NCBI GenBank assembly: GCA_965246895.1 | Contig: OZ251993.1 | Coordinates: 256,490 to 320,489, forward strand | Direction of reading: 5' to 3' | DNA from: Alphaproteobacteria bacterium | GTDB taxonomy: Bacteria > Pseudomonadota > Alphaproteobacteria > JAIXQD01 | DNA: 64,000 nt | Shown here: in pieces, positions 8,148-18,693 of the stretch | Layout of the letters: every line of letters begins with the position of its first letter | Numbering within the stretch: position 1 is the stretch's first letter | Notes under the pieces: model-generated | The model's input: the letters and a program-made list of their open reading frames with translations, nothing else | What the model was told of the DNA's origin: nothing | The model's database searches: none | Made by a program: the position numbers and the translations under genes

Positions 8148-10962
8148 GCACGTCGTCGTCGTCGAAAGCCCGGCCAAGGCCAAGACCATCAATAAATACC
8201 TCGGCAGCGATTACACCGTACTGGCCAGCTATGGCCATATCCGCGACCTGCCGCCAAAAGACGGCTCGGTCGATACCGAGAATAATTTTGAAATGCTGTG
8301 GCAATTGTCAGACCGCGCGGGCAAGCCCGTAGCCGAGATCGTGCGTGCGCTGAAGGGCGCCGATACGCTCTATCTGGCAAGCGACCCTGACCGCGAGGGC
8401 GAAGCCATTGCTTGGCATGTCGAAAAAGTTCTGGCGGATAAGGGCGCGCTTAAATCCAAAACGGTGCATCGCATCACCTTTAATGAAATTACCAAGACGG
8501 CAGTAAAGCATGCCGTCGCCAACCCACGCGAGCTTGATACCGCACTGATCGAAGCTTATCTGGCGCGGCGTGCGCTCGACTATCTCGTCGGCTTTTCGCT
8601 CTCGCCGGTTTTGTGGCGCAAGCTGCCCGGCGCGAAATCAGCGGGGCGGGTGCAATCCGTCGCACTGCGGTTGATCTGCGAGCGCGAAAGCGAGATCGAG
8701 ATTTTCCAGCGCGAGGAATATTGGACGATCGGCGCGATCTTCGACAGCCCGTCGAAGCAGCCAGTGCCGGCGCGGCTGACGCAGCTGGATGGCAAGAAGC
8801 TGACGAAATTCGCCATTACGGATGAGGCACAGGCGACGGAAACCGTCAAACGGCTGCAGCAAAATGATTGGCGCGTGACCGCCGTCGACAAGCGCGAAAG
8901 CCGCCGCAACCCGGCGCCGCCGTTCACGACGTCGACACTGCAGCAGGAAGCGGCGCGGAAGCTCTATTTCGGCGCGACCAAGACAATGCGCACGGCGCAG
9001 TCACTCTATGAAGGCGCGGATATCGGCGGCGAGACGGTGGGTCTAATCACCTATATGCGGACTGACGGTGTGCAGATGGCGGACGAGGCGATTGCTGGCG
9101 TGCGCGACCTGATCGGCAAAGATTACGGCAATGCCTATCTGCCGCCCGCGGCCCGTGTCTATACCAGCAAGGCCAAGAACGCGCAGGAAGCGCACGAGGC
9201 TTGCCGCCCGACCGACGTGCAGCGCCGCCCACAGGATGTTGCGCGTTATCTCTCGGACGACGAGCTGAAGCTCTACACGCTGATTTGGCAGCGGACGGTG
9301 GCCAGCCAGATGGCTGCGGCCATCCTCGATCAGGTCGGCGTCGATATCGAAAGCACGGCTGCAAAAGCGACGATGCGTGCCAGCGGTTCAGTCGTGCGGT
9401 TTCCGGGCTTCCTGACCGTCTATCAAGAAGGACGCGAAGAGAGCGCTGCGCCAACGGATGCGAAAGACGAAGGTAAAGACGGCAGTGAAGATGAAAGCCG
9501 CCGCTTGCCGGAATTGGTCGATGGACAACAATTGCCATTGCAAGGCGTAACGCCGACCCAGCACTTCACTGAGCCGCCACCGCGCTATTCCGAGGCAAGC
9601 CTCGTCAAGAGTTTGGAAGAACTCGGCATCGGTCGGCCCTCGACCTATGCCTCGATCATGCAGGTGCTGCAGGACCGCAGTTATGTGAAGCTGGAAGCGC
9701 GTCGCTTCACGCCGGAAGATCGCGGGCGGCTGGTGACGGCCTTTCTCGAAAATTATTTCCGAAAATATGTGGAGTACGATTTCACGGCCAAGCTGGAAGA
9801 ACAGCTGGACGATGTCTCGGCAGGCAAGGAAGATTATCATAGAGTCCTGCGTGATTTCTGGCAGGTGTTCCACGCCGATATCGATGCGACAAAAGAGCTG
9901 CGCGTATCGGACGTGCTGGATGCGCTGGATGCCGCGTTGGGGCCGCATCTGTTCCCGCCACAGGCGGATGGAACTGATCCGCGCCTCTGCCCGAAATGTA
10001 AGAACGGGCGCTTGCAGTTGAAGAGCAGCCGCTTCGGCGCGTTCGTCGGCTGCTCGCTATATCCTGCCTGCGATTACACGCGCCAGCTGGCCGATCAGGT
10101 TGCGACCACGCGCGGCGATGGCGATGCCAGCGGCGGCGATGCCAACCGCGAGCTGGGCGTCAACGAAAACGGCTGGCCGATCAGCGTGCGCCGCGGGCCT
10201 TATGGTTTTTATGTGCAGCTGGGGCCAGATCCGAGCCTGGTGCTGCAGGCTGCTGCCGAAGCGCCGCCGCCGGAACCGGATGCCGTTTCAGATTCTGGGC
10301 CGCAGCTGACCAAAAGCGGCAAGCCGAAGCGCGTGACTAAGCCCAAAAAGGCGAAGCCGGACGTCAAACGCGTTTCGTTGCCACGTGGTATCTCACCGGT
10401 CGATCTTGATCTGGCGACCGCGCAGAAGATTTTGACCCTGCCGCGCGAGATCGGGCCGCATCCAGAGTCGGGCGATATGATCAAGGCGGGCGTGGGGCGT
10501 TTCGGTCCGTACCTACAGATTGGCGGCACGTATAAGAGCATTCCTGCGGGCGATGACGTGCTGGAGATCGGCATCAACCGCGCGGTTGATCTGCTCGCGA
10601 CCGCCAAGATCAAGCCGCCGCCGGAAGTGATCGGCATCCACCCCGGCAACAAGAAGCCGATCACCAAGAGCATGAGCCGCTTCGGCCCCTATCTGAAGTG
10701 GGGCATGGTGATGGCGACGATCCCAAAGGACGAGCGCGACATCGAGACCACGCTGGAACGTGCGATTGAATTGGTGAATGCCAAGAAGGCGGGCGGCAAG
10801 GGAAAGGCCGTATCGAAAGTTAAGGCCGCACCTGCTGAAAAAAAGGTGCCAGCGAAAAAACCTGCAACCAAAAAAGCAGCGGTGAAAAAACCGGCTGCTA
10901 AAACTAAAAAGAAAGCAACAAGTGCCAAAAAATCAGACAGCAGCAAAACCAAAAAAGATTAA
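8140..10962 (+). CDS. topA: DNA topoisomerase I
   Basis: N-terminus MAKHVVVVESPAKAKTINKYLG (Toprim). It has C-terminal zinc-ribbon-like repeats and a Lys-rich tail, and is 940 aa. Confidence 0.95.
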   Translation: MAKHVVVVESPAKAKTINKYLGSDYTVLASYGHIRDLPPKDGSVDTENNFEMLWQLSDRAGKPVAEIVRALKGADTLYLASDPDREGEAIAWHVEKVLADKGALKSKTVHRITFNEITKTAVKHAVANPRELDTALIEAYLARRALDYLVGFSLSPVLWRKLPGAKSAGRVQSVALRLICERESEIEIFQREEYWTIGAIFDSPSKQPVPARLTQLDGKKLTKFAITDEAQATETVKRLQQNDWRVTAVDKRESRRNPAPPFTTSTLQQEAARKLYFGATKTMRTAQSLYEGADIGGETVGLITYMRTDGVQMADEAIAGVRDLIGKDYGNAYLPPAARVYTSKAKNAQEAHEACRPTDVQRRPQDVARYLSDDELKLYTLIWQRTVASQMAAAILDQVGVDIESTAAKATMRASGSVVRFPGFLTVYQEGREESAAPTDAKDEGKDGSEDESRRLPELVDGQQLPLQGVTPTQHFTEPPPRYSEASLVKSLEELGIGRPSTYASIMQVLQDRSYVKLEARRFTPEDRGRLVTAFLENYFRKYVEYDFTAKLEEQLDDVSAGKEDYHRVLRDFWQVFHADIDATKELRVSDVLDALDAALGPHLFPPQADGTDPRLCPKCKNGRLQLKSSRFGAFVGCSLYPACDYTRQLADQVATTRGDGDASGGDANRELGVNENGWPISVRRGPYGFYVQLGPDPSLVLQAAAEAPPPEPDAVSDSGPQLTKSGKPKRVTKPKKAKPDVKRVSLPRGISPVDLDLATAQKILTLPREIGPHPESGDMIKAGVGRFGPYLQIGGTYKSIPAGDDVLEIGINRAVDLLATAKIKPPPEVIGIHPGNKKPITKSMSRFGPYLKWGMVMATIPKDERDIETTLERAIELVNAKKAGGKGKAVSKVKAAPAEKKVPAKKPATKKAAVKKPAAKTKKKATSAKKSDSSKTKKD

Positions 10963-13015
10963 ATTCAAATTGAAGAAAAAGACTGGCGCGGCAAAAGCGG
11001 CGCCTGCGATAAACCCGACATCTGCCAAACCTGCCGCAAAATCAGCCAAGCGCCCGGAGCGCGGTGGTACTAGTTTAAGGAACGAGCCTTATCGCGCGCT
11101 GGGCGTGTTCCGCGCCACGCGGGACGGCGGACGGGTCGAACCGGCCAGCAAGAAAGCCAAATCAGAATTCACGGTCGCGCCGAAATTTATCAACGGCGCC
11201 GAAGATGGCGAGTTGGTGGTCGTGCAGGTGGCGCCGCTTGCGCCCGGCCATTACGGGTTGCCGGCCGCCGCGGTGGTTGAGCGGGTGGGGCATGAGAACG
11301 ATCCGCGCGCCTATTCGATCATCGCGATCTACGAGAATGAAATACCGACCGATTTTCCAGCGGCTGCAGTAGAGCAAGCCGAGAGCGCGCAGCCGGTGCC
11401 GCAAAGCGATATCCAAAACGGCAAGCGCGTCGACCTACGGGACTATCCGCTCGTCACGATCGATGGGGAAGATGCCCGCGATTTCGACGATGCCGTTTTT
11501 GCCGAGCCCGATCCGGCAGTGCCTGGCGGCTGGCATCTGCTGGTGGCGATCGCCGATGTCTCGCATTATGTGACAGCCCACAGCGCCCTCGATAAAGAAG
11601 CGTATAAGCGCGGCAATTCCGTCTATTTCCCCGACCGCGTCGTGCCGATGCTGCCGGAGGCGCTCTCGAACGAACTTTGCTCGCTCAAGCCAAACGTTGA
11701 TCGCGCCACGATGGCCGTGCATCTCTATATCGACGCCGAGGGCAAGCTAGCGCGTTATCAGTTCGCGCGCGGTATCATGCGCTCGCAGGCACGCCTCACC
11801 TATACACAGGTGCAGAAGGCTTATGAGGGCGAGCTGGATGAACAAACCAAGCCGATCAAAAAAAGTATTCTTGATAACTTGTTCGCTGCTTATGCGGTTT
11901 TGCGCAAGGCGCGGCATCAGCGCGGCACACTGGAACTCGACGTGCCGGAATATAAGGCGAAAATTGTCGGCGGTCGTGTGGTGGATATCGAACTGCGCCG
12001 CAGTCAGGAAGCGCACCAGCTGATCGAGGAATTCATGATCATGGCCAATGTGGCCGCTGCCGCGGCGCTGGACGGCAAAGGCGGGATTGCGATGTACCGC
12101 GTGCATGACGAACCGCCGGAGGAAAAGCGCGAAGCGCTGGCGGATTTCCTCAATTCCATTGGTGGCTCGCTACCGAAGGGCAACAAGCTGACCTCCCGCG
12201 GGCTGGCGCGCCTGATTGAGACTTATGCGAATACGGAGGAATCGATCCTCGTCAACGAGATGATGTTGCGCAGCCAGAGCCGCGCCGCTTACAGCCCAGA
12301 TAATATCGGCCACTTCGGGTTGGCGTTGCCGCATTACGCGCACTTCACCTCGCCGATCCGCCGTTATGCCGATCTGCTGGTGCATCGCGCCTTAATCCGC
12401 GCCTACAAGCTGGGCGATGACGGTTTGCCGCAAGACCAGGCAGAGGCGCTGGAGGAAACCGGCGAGCATCTCTCCGTGACCGAACAGCGCGCGGCGAGCG
12501 CCGAACGTTCGGCGACCGAACGCTATGTCGCCAGCTTCCTTGCCGGTCAGACAGGCACGGTGCTGGAAGCGCGGGTTTCGGGTGTCACGCATTTCGGGCT
12601 GTTCGTACGGCTAATCGCAACGGGGGCGGACGGACTGATCCCCATGGCGGCGCTAGGGCCGGACTATTGGGTGCATGAGGAAAAAGCGCAAATGCTGGTC
12701 GGGCGGCGCACGGGCATGAGCTATCGGCTGGGCCAAGCGCTGAAGGTGCGGTTGGATGGGGCCGAAGGGCTGACCGGACGGCTGCAACTGTCCGTCATCG
12801 ATGCCGCCGGGCAGGCGATTGAAGGTGGCGGGGCTGACTATGGCCGGCGCGGGCAGGCGCGCGAACAGCGCTATATGGGCAAGCCATCGCAGATGGGCAA
12901 GCAGGGCTCGGCCAAGAACCGCTTTAGTGACCGCAAGCCGGGTAAACCCAGCGCCAAAGCCAAGACGAAGGCGGCTAAAGCTAAAGGCGGTAGTGGCAGG
13001 GCGCCAAAATCCTGA
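10922..13015 (+). CDS. rnr: Ribonuclease R (RNB family 3'-5' exoribonuclease)
   Basis: RNB catalytic region (FPDRVVPMLPEALSNELCSLKP ... HFGLALPHYAHFTSPIRRYADLLVHRAL), an S1 domain, and a basic C-terminus. The exact start is uncertain: the ORF overlaps the topA end by 41 nt, and a TTG near 10970 is an alternative start. Confidence 0.88.
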   Translation: MPKNQTAAKPKKIKFKLKKKTGAAKAAPAINPTSAKPAAKSAKRPERGGTSLRNEPYRALGVFRATRDGGRVEPASKKAKSEFTVAPKFINGAEDGELVVVQVAPLAPGHYGLPAAAVVERVGHENDPRAYSIIAIYENEIPTDFPAAAVEQAESAQPVPQSDIQNGKRVDLRDYPLVTIDGEDARDFDDAVFAEPDPAVPGGWHLLVAIADVSHYVTAHSALDKEAYKRGNSVYFPDRVVPMLPEALSNELCSLKPNVDRATMAVHLYIDAEGKLARYQFARGIMRSQARLTYTQVQKAYEGELDEQTKPIKKSILDNLFAAYAVLRKARHQRGTLELDVPEYKAKIVGGRVVDIELRRSQEAHQLIEEFMIMANVAAAAALDGKGGIAMYRVHDEPPEEKREALADFLNSIGGSLPKGNKLTSRGLARLIETYANTEESILVNEMMLRSQSRAAYSPDNIGHFGLALPHYAHFTSPIRRYADLLVHRALIRAYKLGDDGLPQDQAEALEETGEHLSVTEQRAASAERSATERYVASFLAGQTGTVLEARVSGVTHFGLFVRLIATGADGLIPMAALGPDYWVHEEKAQMLVGRRTGMSYRLGQALKVRLDGAEGLTGRLQLSVIDAAGQAIEGGGADYGRRGQAREQRYMGKPSQMGKQGSAKNRFSDRKPGKPSAKAKTKAAKAKGGSGRAPKS

Positions 13016-13060
13016 TATTGCGCGGGTTTTAGCCATTTATCTTGACTTCAACTGTTCATT

Positions 13061-13086
13061 CCGGCAGAAACAGCCGGCTTTTATAG
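13061..13086 (+). terminator. Rho-independent terminator after rnr
   Basis: CCGGC-agaaaca-GCCGG hairpin followed by cttttat. Confidence 0.6.
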
Positions 13087-13113
13087 AATTTCAGTCAATC
13101 AAGGAACTTAGTC

Positions 13114-13299
13114 ATGGCCAAAAAGGGCAAAGGCAATCTCGTCCGTCTCGTCAGCAGCGCCGATACCGGCACCTTTATCGTGCGCAAGAAGAAATCGAAT
13201 GCGACCGACAAGCTGAAGCTGATGAAGTACGACCCGAAGAGCCGCACGCACGTGCTTTTTGAAGAAAAGAAAATGCCACCGCATTCTAAACAGAAGTAA
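13114..13299 (+). CDS. rpmG: 50S ribosomal protein L33
   Basis: MAKKGKGNLVRLVSSADTGTFIVRKKKS...KLKLMKYDPKSRTHVLFEEKK is a typical L33. Confidence 0.9.
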   Translation: MAKKGKGNLVRLVSSADTGTFIVRKKKSNATDKLKLMKYDPKSRTHVLFEEKKMPPHSKQK

Positions 13300-13333
13300 A
13301 GCTTACGGCGCATTAATTGCCATTTGTATTCAG

Positions 13334-13367
13334 CAGCTCGGCTTCATCGCCGGGCTGTTTTGTTTGA
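13334..13367 (+). terminator. Rho-independent terminator after rpmG
   Basis: 9-bp stem (cagctcggc / gccgggctg, with one G-U pair) followed by ttttgtttg. Confidence 0.7.
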
Positions 13368-13369
13368 AT

Positions 13370-13619
13370 AGTATTAAGCGGCTCAAAGATGATTGTTGCT
13401 GACAAGTCACAGCTTAACCGCTACGGTCGAAGTCTAGCGATGCCCGATCGGTTGTGATCCGGGCGCCCCAGTTGTGTGGCGCCGCCCAGCCTGTCGCTTG
13501 CTAACCAGTTTGCGGTTCAACATTAGTTGAATTGCCTTCACATTCTGCCGGGTGCACCGGATTCGCCGCCTGGCATTGCCGGCGAAGCCCGCATAAGCCG
13601 CCCGATACAAGGCTGTACC
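13370..13619 (+). promoter_or_regulatory. Long 5' untranslated leader of rne (candidate autoregulatory leader)
   Basis: About 250 nt of non-coding, structure-prone sequence lie between the rpmG terminator and the rne start. RNase E genes in other proteobacteria are autoregulated through their long 5' UTR. Confidence 0.35.
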
Positions 13620-16292
13620 ATGCCCGCTTTAACAAAGCGCATGCTGATTGACGCCACGCATTCCGAAGAAATGCGCGTCGCCATCGTCGACCAAAACTTA
13701 AAACTCGAACATCTTGATATTGTCCACGCCGGGCGTGAGCCTTTGAAAGGCAATATCTATCTGGCCAAAGTGCGCCGGATCGAGCCTTCGCTGCAGGCGG
13801 CCTTCGTCGAATATGACCACGAAGGTGAAAAGCGCCACGGCTTCTTGTCATTCGCCGAAATCCATCCCGACTATTTCCGCATCCCCGTGGCAGACCGCGA
13901 CGCGTTGCGTGAGGCGCTGGCCAAGGTTGAGGAAAAGGCAGAGCAGGCTGCGGCCCGTGGTGAGCGGCTGGACCTCGGCGATATGGGTGAGATGCCGCAA
14001 ATCGATGGGTTTGACCCGATCGACCTCGGCGATGACGAAGATGATGATCAGAGCGAGCATTCGTTTGGCGACCCGTTCCAGCCGATCAGCCTTTCCAGTG
14101 GGCATGTATCTTTTAAACCGGAAGGGCATGAGATTGCGGGTGGCCATAGCCTGTTTGTACCGCAAGATACGATCAGCGAACCTACCGACGAACATTCTGA
14201 AGCCGAGGCACAGCAAGAGCATGATGCCGATAATGCAGACGTTCTTGACGATACATTGGCGGATGAGGCGCGGGTTTCGGATAATTCCGCTGCCAGCAGC
14301 TACGAGAGCGCAGGCGAGGCCTTAGGCGGCGAAGATGAGCTGGAAGAGCAGCGCCGCCGCGTGCGCCGGCAGTTCCTGCGTAACTACCGCATTCAGGAAG
14401 TCATCAAGCGCGGGCAGGTAATGCTGATCCAAGTGGTGAAGGAAGAGCGCGGCAACAAGGGCGCGGCGCTGACGACCTATATGAGCTTGGCCGGGCGTTA
14501 CTGCGTATTGATGCCGAACAGCGACCGTTCAGGCGGGGTCAGCCGCAAGATTTCCAACCCCGGCGACCGCCGCCGCCTGAAGGAAACGCTGGACGCGCTG
14601 AACATGCCCGATGGCATGTCGGTCATCCTGCGCACCGCGGGCGTCGAGCGTAGCGCTGACGAGATCAAGCGCGATTACGACTATCTTACCCGGCTGTGGG
14701 ATCAGATCCGCGACCAGACCATGATCTCGATCGCACCCGCGTTGATTTACGAGGAGGCCAACCTCATCAAACGCGCGATCCGCGACCATTTCGCGCGCGA
14801 TGTCGATGGCATCGTCGTGCAGGGCGAAGGTGCTTTCAAAGCTGCCAAGGATTTCATTCGCCTGTTGATGCCAACGCATGAGGAGCGGATCGTCAAATAC
14901 GAAAATTCGGTGCCGCTGTTCACGCGCTATCAGGTCGAGCCGCAGATCGAGAAATTATACGAGCCGGTGGTGCAGCTGAAATCTGGCGGCTACCTCGTCA
15001 TTAATCCCACTGAAGCGCTGATCTCGATCGATGTCAATTCCGGCCGGGCCACACGCGACCGCCATATCGAAGATACGGCGCTGCGTACCAATCTTGAAGC
15101 GGCCGAAGAAGTGGCGCGGCAATTAAAGTTGCGCGATTTTGCGGGCCTCGTCGTGATCGATTTCATCGATATGGAAGACAATAAGCACAACCAGCAGGTT
15201 GAGCGGAAGATGAAGGAAGCCATGCGCGGCGATCGCGCGCGGCTGCAGATCGGGCGGATTTCCGGCTTTGGTCTCATGGAAATGTCGCGGCAGCGGCTGC
15301 GGGCGTCCTTGCTGGAAACCAATTTCGAGAAATGCCCGCATTGCGTTGGCACCGGCACCATTCGCAGTGCGGATAGCGCCGCGCTGGCCGTGCTGCGCGC
15401 GATCGAGGATGAGGGCCTGCGCGGGCGCACGAACGAGCTGGCGATCGATGTGCCAGCAAAGGTCGCGCTTTATCTCCTCGGCGAGAAACGCGACGAGCTA
15501 GAGCGCATGACGGAGACTTATGGCTGCAAGACATATCTGCGGCCCGACGATACTTTGTTGCCACATGAATTTAAGCTGACGGTCTTGGAAGCAAGAGCTG
15601 GCGCTGACCAGCGCGATAGCCATCGTACGAATGCGAACGATGCCAAGCGTATCTTTAGCGATAGTGCTGCAGAATTAGGGATCGCACCGCTCAACCCTGA
15701 AGATTTAGTGGAAACCGAGTTGGCATTGGCAGGCGATAAGCCGCGCCGTGGCCGCGATGCGCGTGATGACGAGGCTGACGAAGCTGACGCTGACGAACGT
15801 CCGGCACGGGCTGAGCGTGGTGAGCGTGGCCAACGCAATGGCGAACGGGGTCGTCGCGGGCGCACGCGGACGCGCGGGCCTAAGGATGCGGTCAGCGGCG
15901 AGCACGAAGGCGATCAGCCGGGGCCAATTGCCGACACAGTATCGGAAGCGGGTGATACTGAAACGGGAGAGACCGGCGAAAAGCGTCGCCGCAGCCGCCG
16001 TGGCGGGCGTAATCGTCGCGGCACGAATGCAGGTACTGTTGGCAGTCGCTCTGACCAGGCCGATAGCACGCAATCAGTAGGCCAGCCGCGTAATGATAAT
16101 CAGCGGGATGGTCGGCGCCCGCAATCAGGCAAAGACAGAGCTCAGCCCAACTTCGCGCAGCCTACTGTGTTGGAGATCGACACCACGCCGAAAAAGGGCC
16201 GTGGCAAACCTAACGATGCGCAAGCTGCCTCTGCCTCGTCTGATCAAGGCGCGCCAAAGACCGGCTGGTGGCGCCGCTGGACAGGCGGCTGA
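13620..16292 (+). CDS. rne: Ribonuclease E
   Basis: S1/5' sensor/DNase I-like catalytic N-terminal half (KRMLIDATHSEEMRVAIVD ... CPHCVGTGTIRS). It has an acidic insertion and an Arg-rich C-terminal scaffold region. Confidence 0.9.
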   Translation: MPALTKRMLIDATHSEEMRVAIVDQNLKLEHLDIVHAGREPLKGNIYLAKVRRIEPSLQAAFVEYDHEGEKRHGFLSFAEIHPDYFRIPVADRDALREALAKVEEKAEQAAARGERLDLGDMGEMPQIDGFDPIDLGDDEDDDQSEHSFGDPFQPISLSSGHVSFKPEGHEIAGGHSLFVPQDTISEPTDEHSEAEAQQEHDADNADVLDDTLADEARVSDNSAASSYESAGEALGGEDELEEQRRRVRRQFLRNYRIQEVIKRGQVMLIQVVKEERGNKGAALTTYMSLAGRYCVLMPNSDRSGGVSRKISNPGDRRRLKETLDALNMPDGMSVILRTAGVERSADEIKRDYDYLTRLWDQIRDQTMISIAPALIYEEANLIKRAIRDHFARDVDGIVVQGEGAFKAAKDFIRLLMPTHEERIVKYENSVPLFTRYQVEPQIEKLYEPVVQLKSGGYLVINPTEALISIDVNSGRATRDRHIEDTALRTNLEAAEEVARQLKLRDFAGLVVIDFIDMEDNKHNQQVERKMKEAMRGDRARLQIGRISGFGLMEMSRQRLRASLLETNFEKCPHCVGTGTIRSADSAALAVLRAIEDEGLRGRTNELAIDVPAKVALYLLGEKRDELERMTETYGCKTYLRPDDTLLPHEFKLTVLEARAGADQRDSHRTNANDAKRIFSDSAAELGIAPLNPEDLVETELALAGDKPRRGRDARDDEADEADADERPARAERGERGQRNGERGRRGRTRTRGPKDAVSGEHEGDQPGPIADTVSEAGDTETGETGEKRRRSRRGGRNRRGTNAGTVGSRSDQADSTQSVGQPRNDNQRDGRRPQSGKDRAQPNFAQPTVLEIDTTPKKGRGKPNDAQAASASSDQGAPKTGWWRRWTGG

Positions 16293-16296
16293 GTCA

Positions 16297-17766
16297 ATGT
16301 GGAGAGCGCGCTGGCTTTCAAAGTTTGTGCTAGCGGGGTTGCTAGCTATTTTATCTTTGCAAGCTAATGCCCAAGGCGTGATCCGCGATGCGGAAATGGA
16401 AGCCTATCTAAAAGAAATCACCGTGCCGATTTTCGCGGCAGCGGGCTTGGGCGATCAAAAGGTTTCGATCGTGATGGTCGATAGCCCCGATCTCAACGCT
16501 TTCGTTTCGGGCGGGCAGAATATCTTCCTTTATACAGGGCTGCTCGCGGCCTGCGATAATCCGGGCGAGCTTTATGGCGTCATCGCGCATGAAACCGGGC
16601 ATATTGCCGGCGGGCATCTGGTGCGCGGGGCCGCAGCTGCACGACAGGCCTCGAACCAAGCCATTCTCGGCACGCTGATCGGCGTGGCAGCGGGCGTCGC
16701 TAGTGGCAACCCTGGCGCGGGCGTCGCCGTGATTACCGGCAGCGGCGATGTGGCGATGCGCAGCTTTCTAGCTTTCTCGCGTGAGCAGGAAAGCGCGGCT
16801 GATAGTGCTGGCCTCAGCTTTATGCAACGGGAAAAGCTGGATCCACGCGGACTCGTATCGTTCCTTGAAAAACTGCAGGCGCAGGAACTGCTGCCACCGG
16901 AACGGCAGTCGCAATTCGTGCGCACCCACCCGCTGACGCGCGACCGGGTGGATGCTTTGCGCAGCCGGGTCGAGCAGCAGAACGTTGCTTATAATCCAAT
17001 CGCGCCAGGCTGGATTGAAGATCACAAGCGCATGCGAGCTAAGTTAATGGGATTTACCGATCCGATGGGCGCACTGCAAACCTATAGCGCGAAAGACGAT
17101 AGCTTCGCTGCGCAATATGGTCGTGCGATTGCGCTGTTTAAACGCGGACAGTTAGCCGCGGCGCTGCCGCTTATCGATAAGCTGATTACGCGCGAGCCGA
17201 AGAACCCTTATCTCTATGAACTCAAAGGGCAAATGCTGTTCGAAAGCGCGCGCGTGAAAGATGCGATTCCGCTTTACAAACAAGCCCTGACGATCGTGCC
17301 GCGCACGCCTGTTATCCAAACTGAATATGCGCATGCCTTGATCGAGGGGGGCAGCAATGCCGATCTGTCGGAGGCGATCACGAATTTGCAGGATGCGGTA
17401 AGCCTGGAAGACGGCAGCCCGCTTGCCTGGCGGTTGTTAGCGACTGCTTGGGGCCGGCAGGGGAAAGAAGGCCTATCGTCTTATGCTCTAGCTGAAGCGG
17501 CGGCGGTAGGCGGCGATGTGAAGCTGGCGCGGCTGCAGGTAACACGAGCCGAGCGCCTATTGCCCGGCGGCAGCCCGGAACTTCTAAAATTGATTGACCT
17601 AAAAGGCACGCTCGACCGGCTGGAGGAAGACCAGAAGGCAGCGGGCAAGACTTTAGACGCGCAGTTGGATAGCAATAGCCGTGACGGCAGTGAGGATACA
17701 ACGCCGCAACCATTCTTGCGGCGCACTGAAACACCGTTTGATGCCTATCGTTCCCGCAAAAACTAG
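16297..17766 (+). CDS. M48 family zinc metalloprotease with TPR repeats (BepA/YfgC-like periplasmic protease)
   Basis: Signal peptide (MWRARWLSKFVLAGLLAILSLQANA), a HETGH zinc-binding motif, and C-terminal TPR-like repeats. The start is 5 nt after the rne stop. Confidence 0.85.
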   Translation: MWRARWLSKFVLAGLLAILSLQANAQGVIRDAEMEAYLKEITVPIFAAAGLGDQKVSIVMVDSPDLNAFVSGGQNIFLYTGLLAACDNPGELYGVIAHETGHIAGGHLVRGAAAARQASNQAILGTLIGVAAGVASGNPGAGVAVITGSGDVAMRSFLAFSREQESAADSAGLSFMQREKLDPRGLVSFLEKLQAQELLPPERQSQFVRTHPLTRDRVDALRSRVEQQNVAYNPIAPGWIEDHKRMRAKLMGFTDPMGALQTYSAKDDSFAAQYGRAIALFKRGQLAAALPLIDKLITREPKNPYLYELKGQMLFESARVKDAIPLYKQALTIVPRTPVIQTEYAHALIEGGSNADLSEAITNLQDAVSLEDGSPLAWRLLATAWGRQGKEGLSSYALAEAAAVGGDVKLARLQVTRAERLLPGGSPELLKLIDLKGTLDRLEEDQKAAGKTLDAQLDSNSRDGSEDTTPQPFLRRTETPFDAYRSRKN

Positions 17767-17854
17767 TTTCGCCTTTAAAACGTCAAGATTTATTAACTAA
17801 TTTGCGAGACTTGCAGGTTACAGTGAGCCGTTCTTTTTAAACTTAGGAGTTCCG

Positions 17855-18592
17855 ATGAAACAATATCTTCTGGCTGCCGCGCTGATGGTGGTACTGCCAT
17901 TCGTATCAATATCAGTCAAAGCTGCTGAAATGACAAAGGCCGACGTCGAGCAAACCGTGCGCGATTTATTGGATCGTGAGCCAGAGATCATTATCAAGGC
18001 TGCGCAGAATGCCCAAGCCAAAGAACAGCAGAAACAATTGGAAGCGGCTTCAGTCGGCATCAAGGATGCAACCAAAGATCTTTACCAATCAAAATCACCC
18101 ACAAGCGGCGCGACTATTAAAGATGCCGACATTACGGTAGTTGAATTTTACGATTACAACTGCGGCTACTGCAAAAAGGCCCAGGCGACCGTGAAGCAAC
18201 TGCTGGCGACCGACAAAAAAGTCCGCTTCGTGTTCAAAGAATTCCCAATCCTCGGGCCAACCTCGCTAACCGGCGCGCAATATGCGGTGGCTGCAGGCAA
18301 GCAAGGTAAATTTGTCGAGTTTCACGACAAGTTGATGGAAAGCCACGATCCGGTGACAGAAGATGAATTGCTAAAATTTGCTGATGAGCTGAAGCTGAAT
18401 AAGGACAAGCTGAAAGCCGATGCTGCCAGTGCCGATGTGAAAGCTGCGATCGATGCCGATCTGGCGCTGGGCCGCAAGGTCGGTGTGCAGGGCACGCCAG
18501 GCTTTGTGATTGGCGACAAGCTTTATCCAGGCGCGATGGATCTGGCGATGATGCAAAAGGTTGTTGCCGACGCGCGTACGGTAAAAAAGTAA
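17855..18592 (+). CDS. DsbA-family periplasmic thiol:disulfide oxidoreductase
   Basis: Signal peptide and a CGYC active site inside a thioredoxin fold (VVEFYDYNCGYCKKA). Confidence 0.85.
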   Translation: MKQYLLAAALMVVLPFVSISVKAAEMTKADVEQTVRDLLDREPEIIIKAAQNAQAKEQQKQLEAASVGIKDATKDLYQSKSPTSGATIKDADITVVEFYDYNCGYCKKAQATVKQLLATDKKVRFVFKEFPILGPTSLTGAQYAVAAGKQGKFVEFHDKLMESHDPVTEDELLKFADELKLNKDKLKADAASADVKAAIDADLALGRKVGVQGTPGFVIGDKLYPGAMDLAMMQKVVADARTVKK

Positions 18593-18619
18593 CGACATAA
18601 TCTAGCATTATTCAAAATT

Positions 18620-18650
18620 AAGGCCGCGCTTTCGGGCGCGGCCTTTTTTG
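18620..18650. terminator. Bidirectional rho-independent terminator
   Basis: GGCCGCGC-tttcgg-GCGCGGCC hairpin followed by tttttt. It lies between the convergent dsbA-like (+) and hsp20 (-) genes. Confidence 0.8.
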
Positions 18651-18693
18651 ATTGGCTGTATGACAGCGGCAGCCAATCAATAATACAATGTGA

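Noticed and set aside
9388-9948. 186-aa minus-strand ORF (others are similar: 8580-8927, 9047-9538, 10209-10673)
   Set aside because: Antisense to topA and of low-complexity composition, so spurious.
14990-16073. Several minus-strand ORFs of 96-146 aa
   Set aside because: They are antisense to the Arg/Asp-rich part of rne and are composition-driven artefacts.
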